A DNA stretch of 64,000 nt. It comes from Candidatus Dadabacteria bacterium. GTDB lineage: Bacteria > Desulfobacterota_D > UBA1144 > Nemesobacterales > CSP1-2. The translations under genes were made by a program, and so were the position numbers. Below are positions 11,223 to 22,006 of this stretch, piece by piece. The stretch is taken from NCBI GenBank assembly GCA_963805855.1, contig CAWDVW010000002.1, forward strand, positions 224,001 to 288,000, read 5' to 3'. The notes under the pieces were generated by a model that saw only the letters and a program-made list of their open reading frames with translations, was not told where the DNA came from and did no database searches. How positions within the stretch are numbered: the stretch's first letter is position 1; each line of letters opens with the position of its first letter.

Positions 11223-12650
11223 TTACCTTGAATTACTTTCCTCTTTGTATTTCTCCCTCATTTTTCGCATCTCCTCCTTCAAATTCACCGTTTCGTCATC
11301 GTCTACCCATGCCCAGGAGAAAAATTGGATTTCTGCCAGGGAGGTCGGCTCACTGCCGAAGAGGAACACAGCTCGTCTTCCATCTGTCCAGTATGGCTGG
11401 TTCATAAAATTCCTGTGTGGATTATCCTGAGTGGCAATTCCGACACCATCGACATAGCCGACCTTGCTCACAGCCTGTGAAAATAAAAGATCCTGCATCA
11501 GGTATTCCCTCGCCTCATCAATATCTGGATCAATGGCATGGGACGTTCCCCACCATGCTCTCCAGGTGAAGTACGAACCTATGTCCCGGCTTATTGCTCC
11601 AATCCAAATGTCTTTGCCCTGGTATTTCATAGGTGACAGCCAAAGGCGAAGATGGTTCCTCTCATGAATCGTAGATCTCGCCTTCTGAAGTCCCATATCC
11701 TGATGACGTTTGTAGAAATACAGACTGCTCATGGGTGACGTACGATATCTGGCACCGGAAAAGAATGCCTTGAAAGCCCTAAGACCGGAACTGAATGTTA
11801 TTGGCTCGGTAACGTCCCAGCCACGGTATATCAGGGCCGGGAATATGTCATCCGCATCACCTATCAATATAAAATTAATGGGGTCATTCCTTCCGGAGCC
11901 ATCTTTCTTCTGTGTGCAGCAGGGTATATTCTCAAGGGCCCTCTGTAATTCTTCCTCATCTTCTATATTCACGGTCTGGTCGTCTGACGCGATTTTTTCA
12001 AAATCTACTCTTTGGTAGTCGGTTGTGATACCCGGAACTTCAAAGAGAAATGGGAAGGACTCTATCCTTTTGGGTCCGTAAAGGGTCACATTTACAAACT
12101 TCATACCTGGATCAATGTTCGTATAAACGAAGCCCTCTGATGTGCCGCCCGGAGGAATAAAACCTTTGAGTGCTTGCTGCTGAAAGTATTGATCGATTAA
12201 CTCATTTACACTGAATGCGAAATGAATGTGGTTCATATAAGCCGCCTCATTAGGAGAAAAATAATCCGAGTCCATGGCTGCAAACAATAATGAGAATGGT
12301 GTATCAGTTTGATTTTCTATCTGCAGCCAAACCGGCTGAACGCCACCCCTCGCCAGATTAACGCCGAACACCTTCTTGCTCTCATGATCGCTAAGCACCA
12401 CGGCCTTAACTGTTATACCTTCCCTACTCTGTGTCTCGGCCCGTAAAAGAAATGGCAAGTCCTTGGTTGGATTGGGAGACGGTGAATAAAACTTGCACCC
12501 ATTTGTTGTCTTCATGCTAAACACAGACTCGCTTTGCCCATTGGGGCTGCAATAAGATGCACAGCCTGACCACGACATGGAAACAGCACCAATCGTTAAT
12601 ATCAGAATTATGCTACTCAGTAATTTGAATATTTCGCAGAAGTTTAACAT
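11223..12650 (-). CDS. LssY C-terminal-domain-like exported protein (paralog 1)
   Basis: DPINFILIG, RGWD, TSPMSSL, RNHLRLW, WIGAISRDIG, IDPDIDEAREY and WTDGRR. Confidence 0.75.
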   Translation of the reverse strand: MLNFCEIFKLLSSIILILTIGAVSMSWSGCASYCSPNGQSESVFSMKTTNGCKFYSPSPNPTKDLPFLLRAETQSREGITVKAVVLSDHESKKVFGVNLARGGVQPVWLQIENQTDTPFSLLFAAMDSDYFSPNEAAYMNHIHFAFSVNELIDQYFQQQALKGFIPPGGTSEGFVYTNIDPGMKFVNVTLYGPKRIESFPFLFEVPGITTDYQRVDFEKIASDDQTVNIEDEEELQRALENIPCCTQKKDGSGRNDPINFILIGDADDIFPALIYRGWDVTEPITFSSGLRAFKAFFSGARYRTSPMSSLYFYKRHQDMGLQKARSTIHERNHLRLWLSPMKYQGKDIWIGAISRDIGSYFTWRAWWGTSHAIDPDIDEAREYLMQDLLFSQAVSKVGYVDGVGIATQDNPHRNFMNQPYWTDGRRAVFLFGSEPTSLAEIQFFSWAWVDDDETVNLKEEMRKMREKYKEESNSR

Positions 12651-12665
12651 CTGGGTTAATCTGAA

Positions 12666-13956
12666 TCACTCATATAATTGCTTCAATTCTTCAGGGATAT
12701 GTCCGGGTAAATCCCACTTCAATATCTCTATCTCAGACAGGCTCGTATGTCTACTACCTATGAATAAGACAACACGCTTTCCGTCTGACCACCAGGACTG
12801 ATTCTTAAAATTCGTGACAGGCTCTGATCGGGATGAGGCGACCGACCCCCCCACATAGCCAAACTTGCTTAAATTATCCGAGAGCCCGACGTCCTCAAGC
12901 AAATAATGCCTAGCTTCGTCCACCTCCGGATCAATTGATTTCGCGACGTACCACTTCGTGCCACGGGTAAAATCTGAACCAATATCTCGAGTGGTGGAAC
13001 CTATCCACACATGCTCTCCCTTGTACTTAATTGGAGTCAGCCATACCCTGAGCTCTATCCTCTGACGGATCTTCCCCTTTTCCTTCTGTCTTGTCTTCTG
13101 GAGACTGTAATCCTGACTCCTCCCAAAGAAATACTCCCGACTCATCGGGGTAGTTCGGTATCGCGCAGTCGAAAAAATCTGTGACAGGTCTATCTGCTTC
13201 TTCCACTCCTTGGTTATCGGCTCAGAGACATCCCAGCCACGCCTGATGAAAGCGGAAGAGATATCATCTGTATCACCGACCAGCACCAGATTAATTGGAT
13301 AACCCCTACCCGCTCCCTCCTCATCGGTTGTGCAACACGAAAGATCCTCTATAGCCTCTCGAAATTCCTCCTCATTATCGTAATCGATAAATTTTTCCTC
13401 TGAATATAATTCTTGCCAATCTACCAGATCATAGTCACCCTGAAATCCCGGAACCTCGAAATAAAACACGAATTTCTCTATTCTCGTGAAGCAATAAAGA
13501 GTGACCTCAACGTATTTAATCCCCGGATCCATATTGGAGAAAACGAAGCCCTTCTCCTCTTCCCGGTGAAACATACTCAACATGCATTCCGATAGTATTG
13601 AAAAGCCTGTCCATCTCTTTGTTAGCAGAGCGACCGAGTATGTAATGGTTCATAAAAGCAGCTTCATTGGGCGAGAAATAGTCGGGATCGAGTGTGATTG
13701 GCAAAAATATACACGGTATTTCAGTGTCATTCTTGATACTTAACCAAACCGGCTGAATATCGTTTGCGGAAAGGTTGACACCAAATAGATCCTCACTTTC
13801 CTCATCGCTCGGAACAGATGCAGAAACGGTTATGCCGTCTCTGCTCTGACTCTGTGCATCGTTTTTAAACGGAACCTCTTCGATAGGCTTTGGAGAAAAA
13901 TTAGCACAGCCCAAAAAAATGCATATGAAGATTATTACTATTGCTCGCAAAATCAT
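12666..13956 (-). CDS. LssY C-terminal-domain-like lipoprotein (paralog 2), split by a frameshift near 13560
   Basis: ORF 13516..13956 (lipobox FLGC, DPDYFSPNEAA) and ORF 12666..13583 together align end-to-end with the adjacent paralog. Confidence 0.75.
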
Positions 13957-14121
13957 AATTAGATTGCCAAATGCCTGACTGGCAAATTACCTTTAAGAAC
14001 TCTTGATTATTTAACTTTCCAAAGGCGTTCTGTCAACATCTTGCGAAGCCACGAAGCTAATCAAATCTAATATACCAAAGCCAGGGGAGGAACCTTGGGA
14101 AATGCTTTCTTTTACGCTAAG

Positions 14122-15516
14122 TTATTTCACCGTTCCTAGAGTGGCGGCTTCCCACGCTGAAATACCGCCTACTAAATCAGCAATGTTTGCAAAATCATTT
14201 TTCTCAAGGATGCTCGAGGCAATCGATGAACGGTACCCCGTGGCACATTGTACGACCATCTTTTGATCACGAGGTATTTCAGCAATCCTGTCTTCCAACT
14301 GATTCAGTGGAACGTTAAGGCTCCCTTGAATCCGATTTTCATTCCATTCGCTCTTTGTTCTGACATCTAGAACAAGCGGTGGATTTCTCGAAGAAAGCTG
14401 TTCGTGAAGTGTCAGGGCCGTTATCCTATCCGTTCGCTTTAGGAGATCGGGGCGGGTTAGAAGTGAATGCATCCCACCCTCAAGATAACCCTTAATATTG
14501 TCAAACCCGATTCTGCCAAGTCTCATCATTGCTTCCTCCTCACGCCCAGTATCTGCAATAATTACTACCGGCTTATCGCTCTCCAGAATGGTCCCCGCCC
14601 ATGTTGCGTATTTCCCATCTAGTGGGATATTGATACTCCCTTCGAGGTGTGCACCCTCAAAATCGACAGGCTCCCTGACATCTAAAATTTGTGCACCCTC
14701 TTCTCTTAGATTGATGACCTTGTCCAAGGTGAGCGGCTTTAGTGCCTTCTTGATTGTTTTCATTAGCGTCAGGCGCTCTTTCGTATTGAGTATTGCATCA
14801 TATGTGAAGTAGTCAGGTGCTTCGGGTTGATCGGCCGTAACAATCTTTATGAACTCTTCTCTACTCATTGGTTGAAGGGCGTAGTTGTATCTTCTTTGAA
14901 TGCCGAGCGTTGATACAGTGTCCTCACTAAGGTTCCTACCACACATTGACCCTGCGCCATGGGTCGGATAAACAAGCGCCTTATCCGAAAGCTTTAGAAT
15001 CTTATTTTGAATGGAGTCGTACAACATGCCCCCGAGCTCTTCTGCAGACCATCCGAGCGATGCCCTTAGATCAGGGCGTCCGACGTCCCCGATAAAAAGA
15101 GTGTCGCCAGTCAGAACCGCATAGGGTTCCTTGTCATCCTTTGCCAGGTCATAAACGACTATCGATATCGACTCAGGAGAGTGCCCCGGTGTTTCAAGGA
15201 TCTCTAGACGCACCTTTCCAAACTCTATCGTCTCGCCATCACGTAACGGAGTGAATTCATACTCCGCTTTAGCACGGGATCCAAGACATATCTCTGCACC
15301 CACACGTTCCTTAAGCTCCAGATGCCCCGCAACAAAGTCCGCATGAAAGTGGGTTAAAAAGACATAGCTAACGTTAAGCCCTAGGGCTTTAGCATCATTC
15401 AGATACTGGTCTATGTCCCGCTGCGGATCAACTATAACCGCAGTCTTGCTCTCTTCATCCCCGACCAGATAGGATGCATGCGAAAGACAGCCGAGATAAT
15501 ATTGTTTAAGAATCAT
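14122..15516 (-). CDS. MBL-fold hydrolase with two rhodanese domains (persulfide dioxygenase-sulfurtransferase-like)
   Basis: THFHADF, TPGHS, TGDTLFIGDVGRPDL, HGAGSMCG and rhodanese CATGYRS. Confidence 0.9.
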   Translation of the reverse strand: MILKQYYLGCLSHASYLVGDEESKTAVIVDPQRDIDQYLNDAKALGLNVSYVFLTHFHADFVAGHLELKERVGAEICLGSRAKAEYEFTPLRDGETIEFGKVRLEILETPGHSPESISIVVYDLAKDDKEPYAVLTGDTLFIGDVGRPDLRASLGWSAEELGGMLYDSIQNKILKLSDKALVYPTHGAGSMCGRNLSEDTVSTLGIQRRYNYALQPMSREEFIKIVTADQPEAPDYFTYDAILNTKERLTLMKTIKKALKPLTLDKVINLREEGAQILDVREPVDFEGAHLEGSINIPLDGKYATWAGTILESDKPVVIIADTGREEEAMMRLGRIGFDNIKGYLEGGMHSLLTRPDLLKRTDRITALTLHEQLSSRNPPLVLDVRTKSEWNENRIQGSLNVPLNQLEDRIAEIPRDQKMVVQCATGYRSSIASSILEKNDFANIADLVGGISAWEAATLGTVK

Positions 15517-15528
15517 TGTTATAATTGG

Positions 15529-15615
15529 GGACAGGCACTTTCTAGTTATATAAAAGAATTACCAGAATCGTTTCTTTGAGTTTTCTGTGTAGCCATTTTT
15601 GGAAAGTGTCTGTCC
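15529..15615. repeat. Small inverted-repeat element (GGACAGGCACTTT...AAAGTGTCTGTCC), REPIN/MITE-like
   Basis: 13-bp inverted ends with one mismatch. Related to the ends of the element at 27492-27594. Confidence 0.55.
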
Positions 15616-15627
15616 TTCATTTAGTCA

Positions 15628-16005
15628 CTAATTCAGGACCTTATATCCTCTATCTCTCATGCAGTTTCTATATATAGAGTTATAATTCTTGTTGCTCTTA
15701 TACACAGCTCTACCTCCACCGCCTACTCCACCTATAACGGCACCTATGCCTGCACCCTTGCCTACCGAACCCCCGATGGCACCTATGAGTGCACCAGTCC
15801 CAGCTCCCACCCCTGCACCGATTACGGTGTCTTTAGCAGCGTTTTTCCAGTCTCCTGAGTTGTTCTTTGCAAGACGCGTACACTCTGATCTGTCACTGTA
15901 GTACTTATCCTGGTTTTTTATGCTTGCGGGGTCTACAACGGGCTCCGCCCAAGCATACGTGGCGGAAATAAGAAACAAGATAGACAAAAATCTTAGTTTT
16001 CTCAT
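15628..16005 (-). CDS. Glycine-zipper domain exported protein
   Basis: Signal peptide, GAGVGAGTGALIGAIGG and CMRDRGYKVL. Confidence 0.85.
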   Translation of the reverse strand: MRKLRFLSILFLISATYAWAEPVVDPASIKNQDKYYSDRSECTRLAKNNSGDWKNAAKDTVIGAGVGAGTGALIGAIGGSVGKGAGIGAVIGGVGGGGRAVYKSNKNYNSIYRNCMRDRGYKVLN

Positions 16006-16064
16006 AAATTACACCTCCGTTCGGAACCGATATTATAAAAGAGTAAGTTGCGGTTCTGATTAAT

Positions 16065-16763
16065 TTACTCTCGAATCTCCTGCTTCTCCTTAGTTACCTC
16101 TTCTGCAATTTCTACCATATCCCCTTCTATAGGTTCAATGAGCGTATATCCAACAAGGGGTTTATATTCCCCCAATTTGTAATCGCGTATAGTTAATATG
16201 CATTTAGCTTTGCCACCCTCCGGAAAACAGGAATAAGAAACCATCGAACCCGCTATTCTCACAGAACTATCTTCAATTAAAACCGATGGCATCAATCCAA
16301 AGTTATGAACGTCAAATCCTCCCTTTTCATTTTTTGATACCGAATATAATCCAGCGAATTCACTATCACCAGTATCTCTTGGTACAGATCCCTGCTCCTC
16401 TACGGATGTTTTTTTTATTTCCTCGTATACTAACGCACGCCCTCCTAAATCATTAACCCTGTCCAATATATCAATCGTTACTTTTTGGTCTAGTTTTCCA
16501 TCTGTCGTTGTGGTTACCACGGTTTTAACGGGAATTTCAAAATCGCCGTCGCCGATATCGACTGCACTACCAAAGTGCCTCTCCTTTTTCACAACAGTGC
16601 CGTCTTGCTTGGTTTCGGATACGAGTGTCCTGCCCGAAAGCAAGCTATCGTAAAGCTTCTTGAATTCTGAGACATTTAAAGGTTCCTGCTTCGCCTGCGC
16701 GCTAATATATCCGGCTAACATTATTAAAAATAGGAATTTTGCTATCAAACATGCTTTTTTCAT
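16065..16763 (-). CDS. Hypothetical exported protein
   Basis: Signal peptide and RBS AAGGAG. Confidence 0.65.
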   Translation of the reverse strand: MKKACLIAKFLFLIMLAGYISAQAKQEPLNVSEFKKLYDSLLSGRTLVSETKQDGTVVKKERHFGSAVDIGDGDFEIPVKTVVTTTTDGKLDQKVTIDILDRVNDLGGRALVYEEIKKTSVEEQGSVPRDTGDSEFAGLYSVSKNEKGGFDVHNFGLMPSVLIEDSSVRIAGSMVSYSCFPEGGKAKCILTIRDYKLGEYKPLVGYTLIEPIEGDMVEIAEEVTKEKQEIRE

Positions 16764-16843
16764 TTTTCGTCTCCTTATGATAAAACAGAATAAAATATCG
16801 ACAGCTACTTTTCAACTAATACAACCTCCGGGAGGTCTTTGAA

Positions 16844-16985
16844 TCATTCATGAACTACATGCAGATCGCTCGAACAGACACCTGCACCGGCGATCCTGAT
16901 CAGGACTTCGCCGGGGCCAGGACGGCTGCGGAATGTCATCGAACCTCGCATCGGTCTGCCACGCGTGTACACGGTATGCTTTCAT
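16844..16985 (-). pseudogene. N-terminal remnant of a Zn-dependent alcohol dehydrogenase
   Basis: MKAYRVHAWQTDARFDDIPQP, a frameshift, then PGPGEVLIRIAGAGVCSSDLHVVHE*. RBS GGAGG. Visibly more GC-rich than the flanks. Confidence 0.75.
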
Positions 16986-17113
16986 TCTGCCTCCTTTATC
17001 GCCGTGCGCTCGCTTGCCGTAAATTTTACACCTTTCACCCAGCATGCACATTCAATGAGCATAAAGATAGCCTCTGGGAGGCCATGGCCTCGGGAGGTCT
17101 CTGTTAAATATCG

Positions 17114-18817
17114 CTATTCTGACTTATGTAACCTTGCCTTATCAACATTTTTTTCACGCAGATACTTGTCTAACTCATTTATATTTGCGTCACTATATTG
17201 CTCAAACGATTCGTAACCCTTGTCCGTGATCACGGTGTCCGCTTTATACCAGACATCTATATTAACTTTTCGGTTTACTTTACGTGAAATATCCTCCTCA
17301 ACCCTCTTAAGATCTTCAGGCCTAATTGCATTTATACCAACTGCTTCAACTAACACATCCCACGAATCCCCTTTATGATTGTGATGAATGTTAACCGGAA
17401 AAAGCGAATCGTATCCTTTAAATTTATCTATAATTTCCGCCTCAATCTTATTTCTCGTCTCCTCTTGTTTATCACTGAAGTCACTAGCATATCTCCAGCC
17501 GGTCAACACTCTTCCCCTCTTGTCTGACAGGGTTGTTTCTACATTCCTAACTATAAGATTCAAATTCGGTTTCCCTAATGCCTCTTGCAACTTCTGCTCA
17601 AGTTCCCCGATCTCGGGCTCGGAAAGATTTCGGTAACCCTGAATCGTAGCAATTATTGTTGGTCCCTTTGGAAGAACCGCATAGTCAATGTCTATCAGAT
17701 CCATTCCCGGCCAATAGGACAATTTTTCGAGAAAAGCTTGCTCAGCCTTGCTTATAGCTCGCTCTTCATCGGTAAGAGACTCGTTTAAAAAGAATCCGTC
17801 TAAATTTTGACCGACTACTTCGCCCCCAGTCGACCCAAGAGCGGCAATATCTTGCGAGATCACATCTCTCACTATCAGTTGAGTTGGAAATTTCGTAATT
17901 CCCGACAGCGTCGTTTGTATCTCCTCTACCTTATCAGGAGTTATCAATTTGGGGCTTTTCACATTCGCTAATACATATAATTTTCCGTTTTCCTTGTCAT
18001 AGATGAAGCTATCGAGTGAGCTTGAACGAAACTTTTCGAATTCAGAATCCAGGACGTTCTTAATTGAAAGTTCCATATACCTTTCCTTAACGATTGCAAC
18101 TAAAGAATACGTTAAAAAGATAGCCACGATCGCAAATCCGATAAGGGCAAATCCGAAGCGCCTGAATACGTCCTTCGAAGATAACGATATCCACCACGGA
18201 TTTAGACCCGCAAGCACGAAGGTTGCTCCCGCCACTATGACGATCGACAGGAAATTTGCAAAAAACAACATGAAAGAACCAAAGGCCCCGGAGTAATATC
18301 CAAGAGCCAGGCTTAACCCAGTATTCGATAGCGGTGGAATAATCGCGGTCGCAATAGCTACGCCCGGAAGGACAGGACTGGATTTCTCATCAATCATTGT
18401 AAGAGCCCCCGCAAATCCCGCTAAAATTGCAACCATGAGATCTAGTATCGTAGGCCTGGTTCTTGCAAGCATCTCGGGAGTGGCTTCGAGAGCAAGGGGT
18501 AGAAAACCCAATATTCCAGCAAATAAAATTGATAAAACTATCCCGATTACGACAGATCGAATGGATATTCCGAGCAGGCGAGGATTGCCTATTACAATCG
18601 CCAGAGAAATCCCTATTATCGGGGTCATAAGCGGAGAAACCAGCATGGCTCCTATAATCACTGCCGTACTATTTGCCATGAGTCCGAATGCGGCAATCAA
18701 TGAAGCAGTAGAGAGTAGCGCATAGAATCTAAAGCCTGGTTCGGAACCGGCCGATATTTCATCAAATATTTCTTCCTTTCGCCCCTTGGATGCTCGGATC
18801 TGACTGATTGTTATCAT
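17114..18817 (-). CDS. DUF389 (TIGR00341-like) membrane protein with extended soluble C-terminus
   Basis: NSTAVIIGAMLVSPLMTPI, RTRPTILDL and LPGVAIATAIIPPL. Confidence 0.88.
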   Translation of the reverse strand: MITISQIRASKGRKEEIFDEISAGSEPGFRFYALLSTASLIAAFGLMANSTAVIIGAMLVSPLMTPIIGISLAIVIGNPRLLGISIRSVVIGIVLSILFAGILGFLPLALEATPEMLARTRPTILDLMVAILAGFAGALTMIDEKSSPVLPGVAIATAIIPPLSNTGLSLALGYYSGAFGSFMLFFANFLSIVIVAGATFVLAGLNPWWISLSSKDVFRRFGFALIGFAIVAIFLTYSLVAIVKERYMELSIKNVLDSEFEKFRSSSLDSFIYDKENGKLYVLANVKSPKLITPDKVEEIQTTLSGITKFPTQLIVRDVISQDIAALGSTGGEVVGQNLDGFFLNESLTDEERAISKAEQAFLEKLSYWPGMDLIDIDYAVLPKGPTIIATIQGYRNLSEPEIGELEQKLQEALGKPNLNLIVRNVETTLSDKRGRVLTGWRYASDFSDKQEETRNKIEAEIIDKFKGYDSLFPVNIHHNHKGDSWDVLVEAVGINAIRPEDLKRVEEDISRKVNRKVNIDVWYKADTVITDKGYESFEQYSDANINELDKYLREKNVDKARLHKSE

Positions 18818-19012
18818 GACCTATTAGAATACAAAAATATGATGGGATTGCTAGAATGCTGATTTGAAGAATTTCACGAGTAAATAACCCCTCCACTCCG
18901 TCGCGCAGTTATTCATTACGGAAATTCATTTCCGCCCGACTTAAAAATTTACTAAATAAACCTCCCTGCAGCAAGCTGCACGACCTCACAATAGAACCTC
19001 AAAGGCTCAGGT

Positions 19013-19220
19013 GTCATCTCGAAGGAGCAAAGTGACTGAGAGATCTTTATTTATTAAAAAGGAAAGATATTTCGCTTCTGTTCAATATGACAGGGTTTGG
19101 GCAGCCCTTGTCTTGAGTAGTGAGCCCTGAGCCCGTCGAAGGGTCAAACTATCAAAGCGTTGTTTCTTTGTACCTTTGCTGAACCATGTCCTGACGATAG
19201 GTCAGGATCTATTCAGTATC
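19013..19220. repeat. Cluster of REP/RPE-like palindromes
   Basis: gtcatctcgaaggagcaaagtgactgagagatct, ccctgagcccgtcgaaggg and tcctgacgataggtcagga. Confidence 0.6.
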
Positions 19221-19247
19221 AAGATAAAGAAACTAAAGGTATGAATC

Positions 19248-19568
19248 TCAACCCTGGGCGCAATCAATGCATCGATCGGTGTAAGGAAGGGCTTCCAATC
19301 GTTTGACTGAAATAGGGGTTTCGCAGACCGCACATATACCATATGTGTTTTTGTCTATACGATTGAAAGCGTCGTAAATTTGCTCTAATTCAACGCGAAC
19401 ACTTTCCTCAAGCCCCTCTACCACTTTTTCATGCGCACGCTCTAGAGCCTGTTCTTCCGAGTCCTTATCATGGGCTTTCCTCAGAGACTTCTTCAGCTTT
19501 CTGAACTTCTCCTCAAGCTCGACGCGTCGAATCCGAAGTTTTTCAACCAGTTCTTTATACTCATCCAT
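19248..19568 (-). CDS. TraR/DksA C4-type zinc finger protein
   Basis: YGICAVCETPISVKRLEALPYTDRCIDC and an N-terminal coiled coil. Confidence 0.9.
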   Translation of the reverse strand: MDEYKELVEKLRIRRVELEEKFRKLKKSLRKAHDKDSEEQALERAHEKVVEGLEESVRVELEQIYDAFNRIDKNTYGICAVCETPISVKRLEALPYTDRCIDCAQG

Positions 19569-19841
19569 AAAAGATTCCCTCTTTTATGTTCTTATATCAT
19601 TAAAACACTTTAATTATATCTAACCACTTTATAATACCCACACTTTCGCAGTTAACTAAATCCCGGGATATCAAGGAGTCATATTGGTTTTCTTCATGCC
19701 ATTAGAACCAGAAATAGGATCATCTCTGAGACTATTCTGTCCGTATAATCCTTTGGAAACTGAACATTTGTTAGAACTCGTTTGTAGAGTTTTAGGTCCC
19801 AGATTTTCTGCGTGTGAATCAAATTCGAGAGCTTATAGAAC

Positions 19842-20771
19842 CTATGGCACCAGGCACCCGGGCGGCACACTTATAATTGCACTTGCACTCTCCTGATTGA
19901 TGTCGCCCCTCGGTCCAAAAATTTCACAATCAACAGGAGGCGCCAACAAGTCAACTACCACTGACGATTGGCCACCGGCCCTGATCCCAAATTCCTCAGA
20001 CGAGTTTATTACGAACTCTTCACCGCTGGAAAGATTCGTAAACGTCTGATTACTGCTCCTGACTCCGCTGTTTCGACTGGAAATTTCGAAGTTCCGAGAT
20101 GCATCAATTGAGATCACCGCTCTCTTATTTACATTGATACCAGCTGCACAATTTGTCGCGCTGAAGTTTTGTACATTTATCACAATAGAACTATTCTTGT
20201 TAGCTTTAATACAATCGTTTGATCTGCCGTTTATAGTAAAGTCTGCCAACTGCGGGGTCGTTATTGAGAATTCTGGTCCCGAAAATATAAATCTCTTACC
20301 GCCACCTATTCGTATCCGTTTTTGTTCTACCTGATAACCACCACCGTCAACATCATCAATAATTACCTGACCGGGACTTTCAAGTCTAACATCCAAAAAC
20401 ACTTGACTATCTTTTGTTATCAAGAAAAACTCGGAAAAGGTTTCTGAAAAGGGAAGAGGCGTCGTAAAAACCAATTCTATAAGTCGTTGAAGTCCCTTAG
20501 CGGGAACCTTTAACTGGTAAGCCCCAAATACGCCCGTTTCGGTACCCCTCCCCAAAGTTTTCCCGGTGTTCGGATTCATTGCTTCGATGGATATTCCAAA
20601 AACATCACCGGTATCTCCATTAACAGATGTTACCATCCCTGAAATCGTGACTCTTCCTGGCCCTCCACCACCGCCACCACCGCCGGTGACGTCAAAGCAA
20701 CCTGTCATTATTAGTGCCGCAGCTATTGCCGATGCGATAAAAAAGGAAGGAGCAATTGATCGTTTAGTCAT
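19842..20771 (-). CDS. Hypothetical lipoprotein (poly-Gly linker, possible beta-helix C-terminus)
   Basis: Lipobox MTGC, G8 tract and repeating GI/GV-rich C-terminal strands. Confidence 0.65.
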   Translation of the reverse strand: MTKRSIAPSFFIASAIAAALIMTGCFDVTGGGGGGGGPGRVTISGMVTSVNGDTGDVFGISIEAMNPNTGKTLGRGTETGVFGAYQLKVPAKGLQRLIELVFTTPLPFSETFSEFFLITKDSQVFLDVRLESPGQVIIDDVDGGGYQVEQKRIRIGGGKRFIFSGPEFSITTPQLADFTINGRSNDCIKANKNSSIVINVQNFSATNCAAGINVNKRAVISIDASRNFEISSRNSGVRSSNQTFTNLSSGEEFVINSSEEFGIRAGGQSSVVVDLLAPPVDCEIFGPRGDINQESASAIISVPPGCLVP

Positions 20772-21245
20772 TCGATTATTCTCCTAATAATCCGAAATCT
20801 TTCAATCCGCTCATTCTAGCACATGTCATCTCCTTGTCAATTAAACCCTTTCACGTGGTCAGACGACGATAAACGGAGTTTTCCAACTTCGACAATTAGC
20901 TTTTATCACGGCACGTATAAAGGTCCATCCCCTCTCCCTACTTCAGTCTCATTCTACAACTTCTTCATTTCAGGTATCTTCATTTTCGATGCGAGAAAGG
21001 GGTGCCTTGAAGAAGTTTGTTCATACGATTACGCATTTTCATTGCGTTGAGAATCGAATGTTCATAATTCTTAAGCATTTGGATTATGTAGTTTTTTGGC
21101 GGATCCTGGCAGGTGGCCCAGACAAGCTGCTAATGATATAATTATTGACACTAATATCTAGGAGCTTAAATTGTTATACATGGTATTTTTAAGTCCATTT
21201 CAGCAGCTAGGTTTCGAATCCCATCCTTAAAAAAGGGGGTAGCAT

Positions 21246-21617
21246 ATGAAGGCTATAAATAAACTTCCGATTGTTATCATACTTCTCTTCAGCACTGGCG
21301 CACTTGCCGGTGACCTCTTTGATAGCGGTCTTGGGGATAACGAAGTGGGTGCTGGCTCCAATTATGACGCCGCACAGAATAGTTGGGACTATGGAACTCA
21401 TGATGACGCTCTCAAGTACAATGTCTTTCAGGATAAGTGGAACTATGCGGGTGAAGGCGACAGTCTCAAGTACAACACCTTTGAGAACGAATGGGATTTC
21501 GCGGGCGAGGATGATAGTCTCAAGTATAACGTCTTCGAAAATAAGTGGGAGTATGCCGACGATAAAGACACGCTCAAGTACAACGTATTTGAAGACGAGT
21601 GGGAGTTTGCAAAGTAG
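21246..21617 (+). CDS. Secreted acidic protein with 18-aa tandem repeats (LKYNxFENxWxYAxxxDS)
   Basis: Signal peptide ending ALA. Four 54-bp repeats (ctcaagtac at 21411 and 21465) plus a degenerate first copy. Confidence 0.8.
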   Translation: MKAINKLPIVIILLFSTGALAGDLFDSGLGDNEVGAGSNYDAAQNSWDYGTHDDALKYNVFQDKWNYAGEGDSLKYNTFENEWDFAGEDDSLKYNVFENKWEYADDKDTLKYNVFEDEWEFAK

Positions 21618-21671
21618 GTGAAGGTTTGCTAAACGGCCTGTCCCGAAAATAGTTGAAAGGCTCAAAAAATT

Positions 21672-21806
21672 ATGTGCGACCCAGTGCTGATAGCCGCAAT
21701 TCCAGAAGAACTTGGCTACTTCGACGAAAAGAAGGGAAAGGACAAGAGGGAGGAATTTCGTGCCCAGCAGCTTGGCCAAGACAATTCAGAAGGCAGCACG
21801 GAATAA
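21672..21806 (+). CDS. Small protein, MCDPVL family, copy A (44 aa)
   Basis: MCDPVLIAAIPEELGYFDEKKGKDKREEFRAQQLGQDNSEGSTE*. Of 11 codon differences from copy B in the first 21 codons, 10 are synonymous. Confidence 0.7.
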   Translation: MCDPVLIAAIPEELGYFDEKKGKDKREEFRAQQLGQDNSEGSTE

Positions 21807-22006
21807 TAAGCAAAATAACTCATTTATTCAGGCCTGACCCTCAGAATTTGTACAATTCAAATATCGGGTAGTGGGGGTACGCTGCGTTCCCTCCCCTTCT
21901 TTGTTTGCAATTTAAAGGATTTTCGTTGGTTTTGCGATTCCACTAGTATTAAAGTATAATTGTATCATAGCATTATATTCTACCTAAAGGAGAGATATAG
22001 ATATAT

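Noticed and set aside
20850-21050. Possible Hsp20-like remnant on the minus strand
   Set aside because: Only faint similarity across several frames and stops, so it cannot be supported.
21400-21617. Regularly spaced repeats as a possible CRISPR array
   Set aside because: The 54-bp period is in frame, the variation is codon-like, there are no unique spacers and no cas genes are present.
21207-21779. Overlapping ORFs 21207..21779 (-) and 21271..21621 (+)
   Set aside because: These are shadow frames kept open by the coding repeat. The frame with the signal peptide is the credible one.
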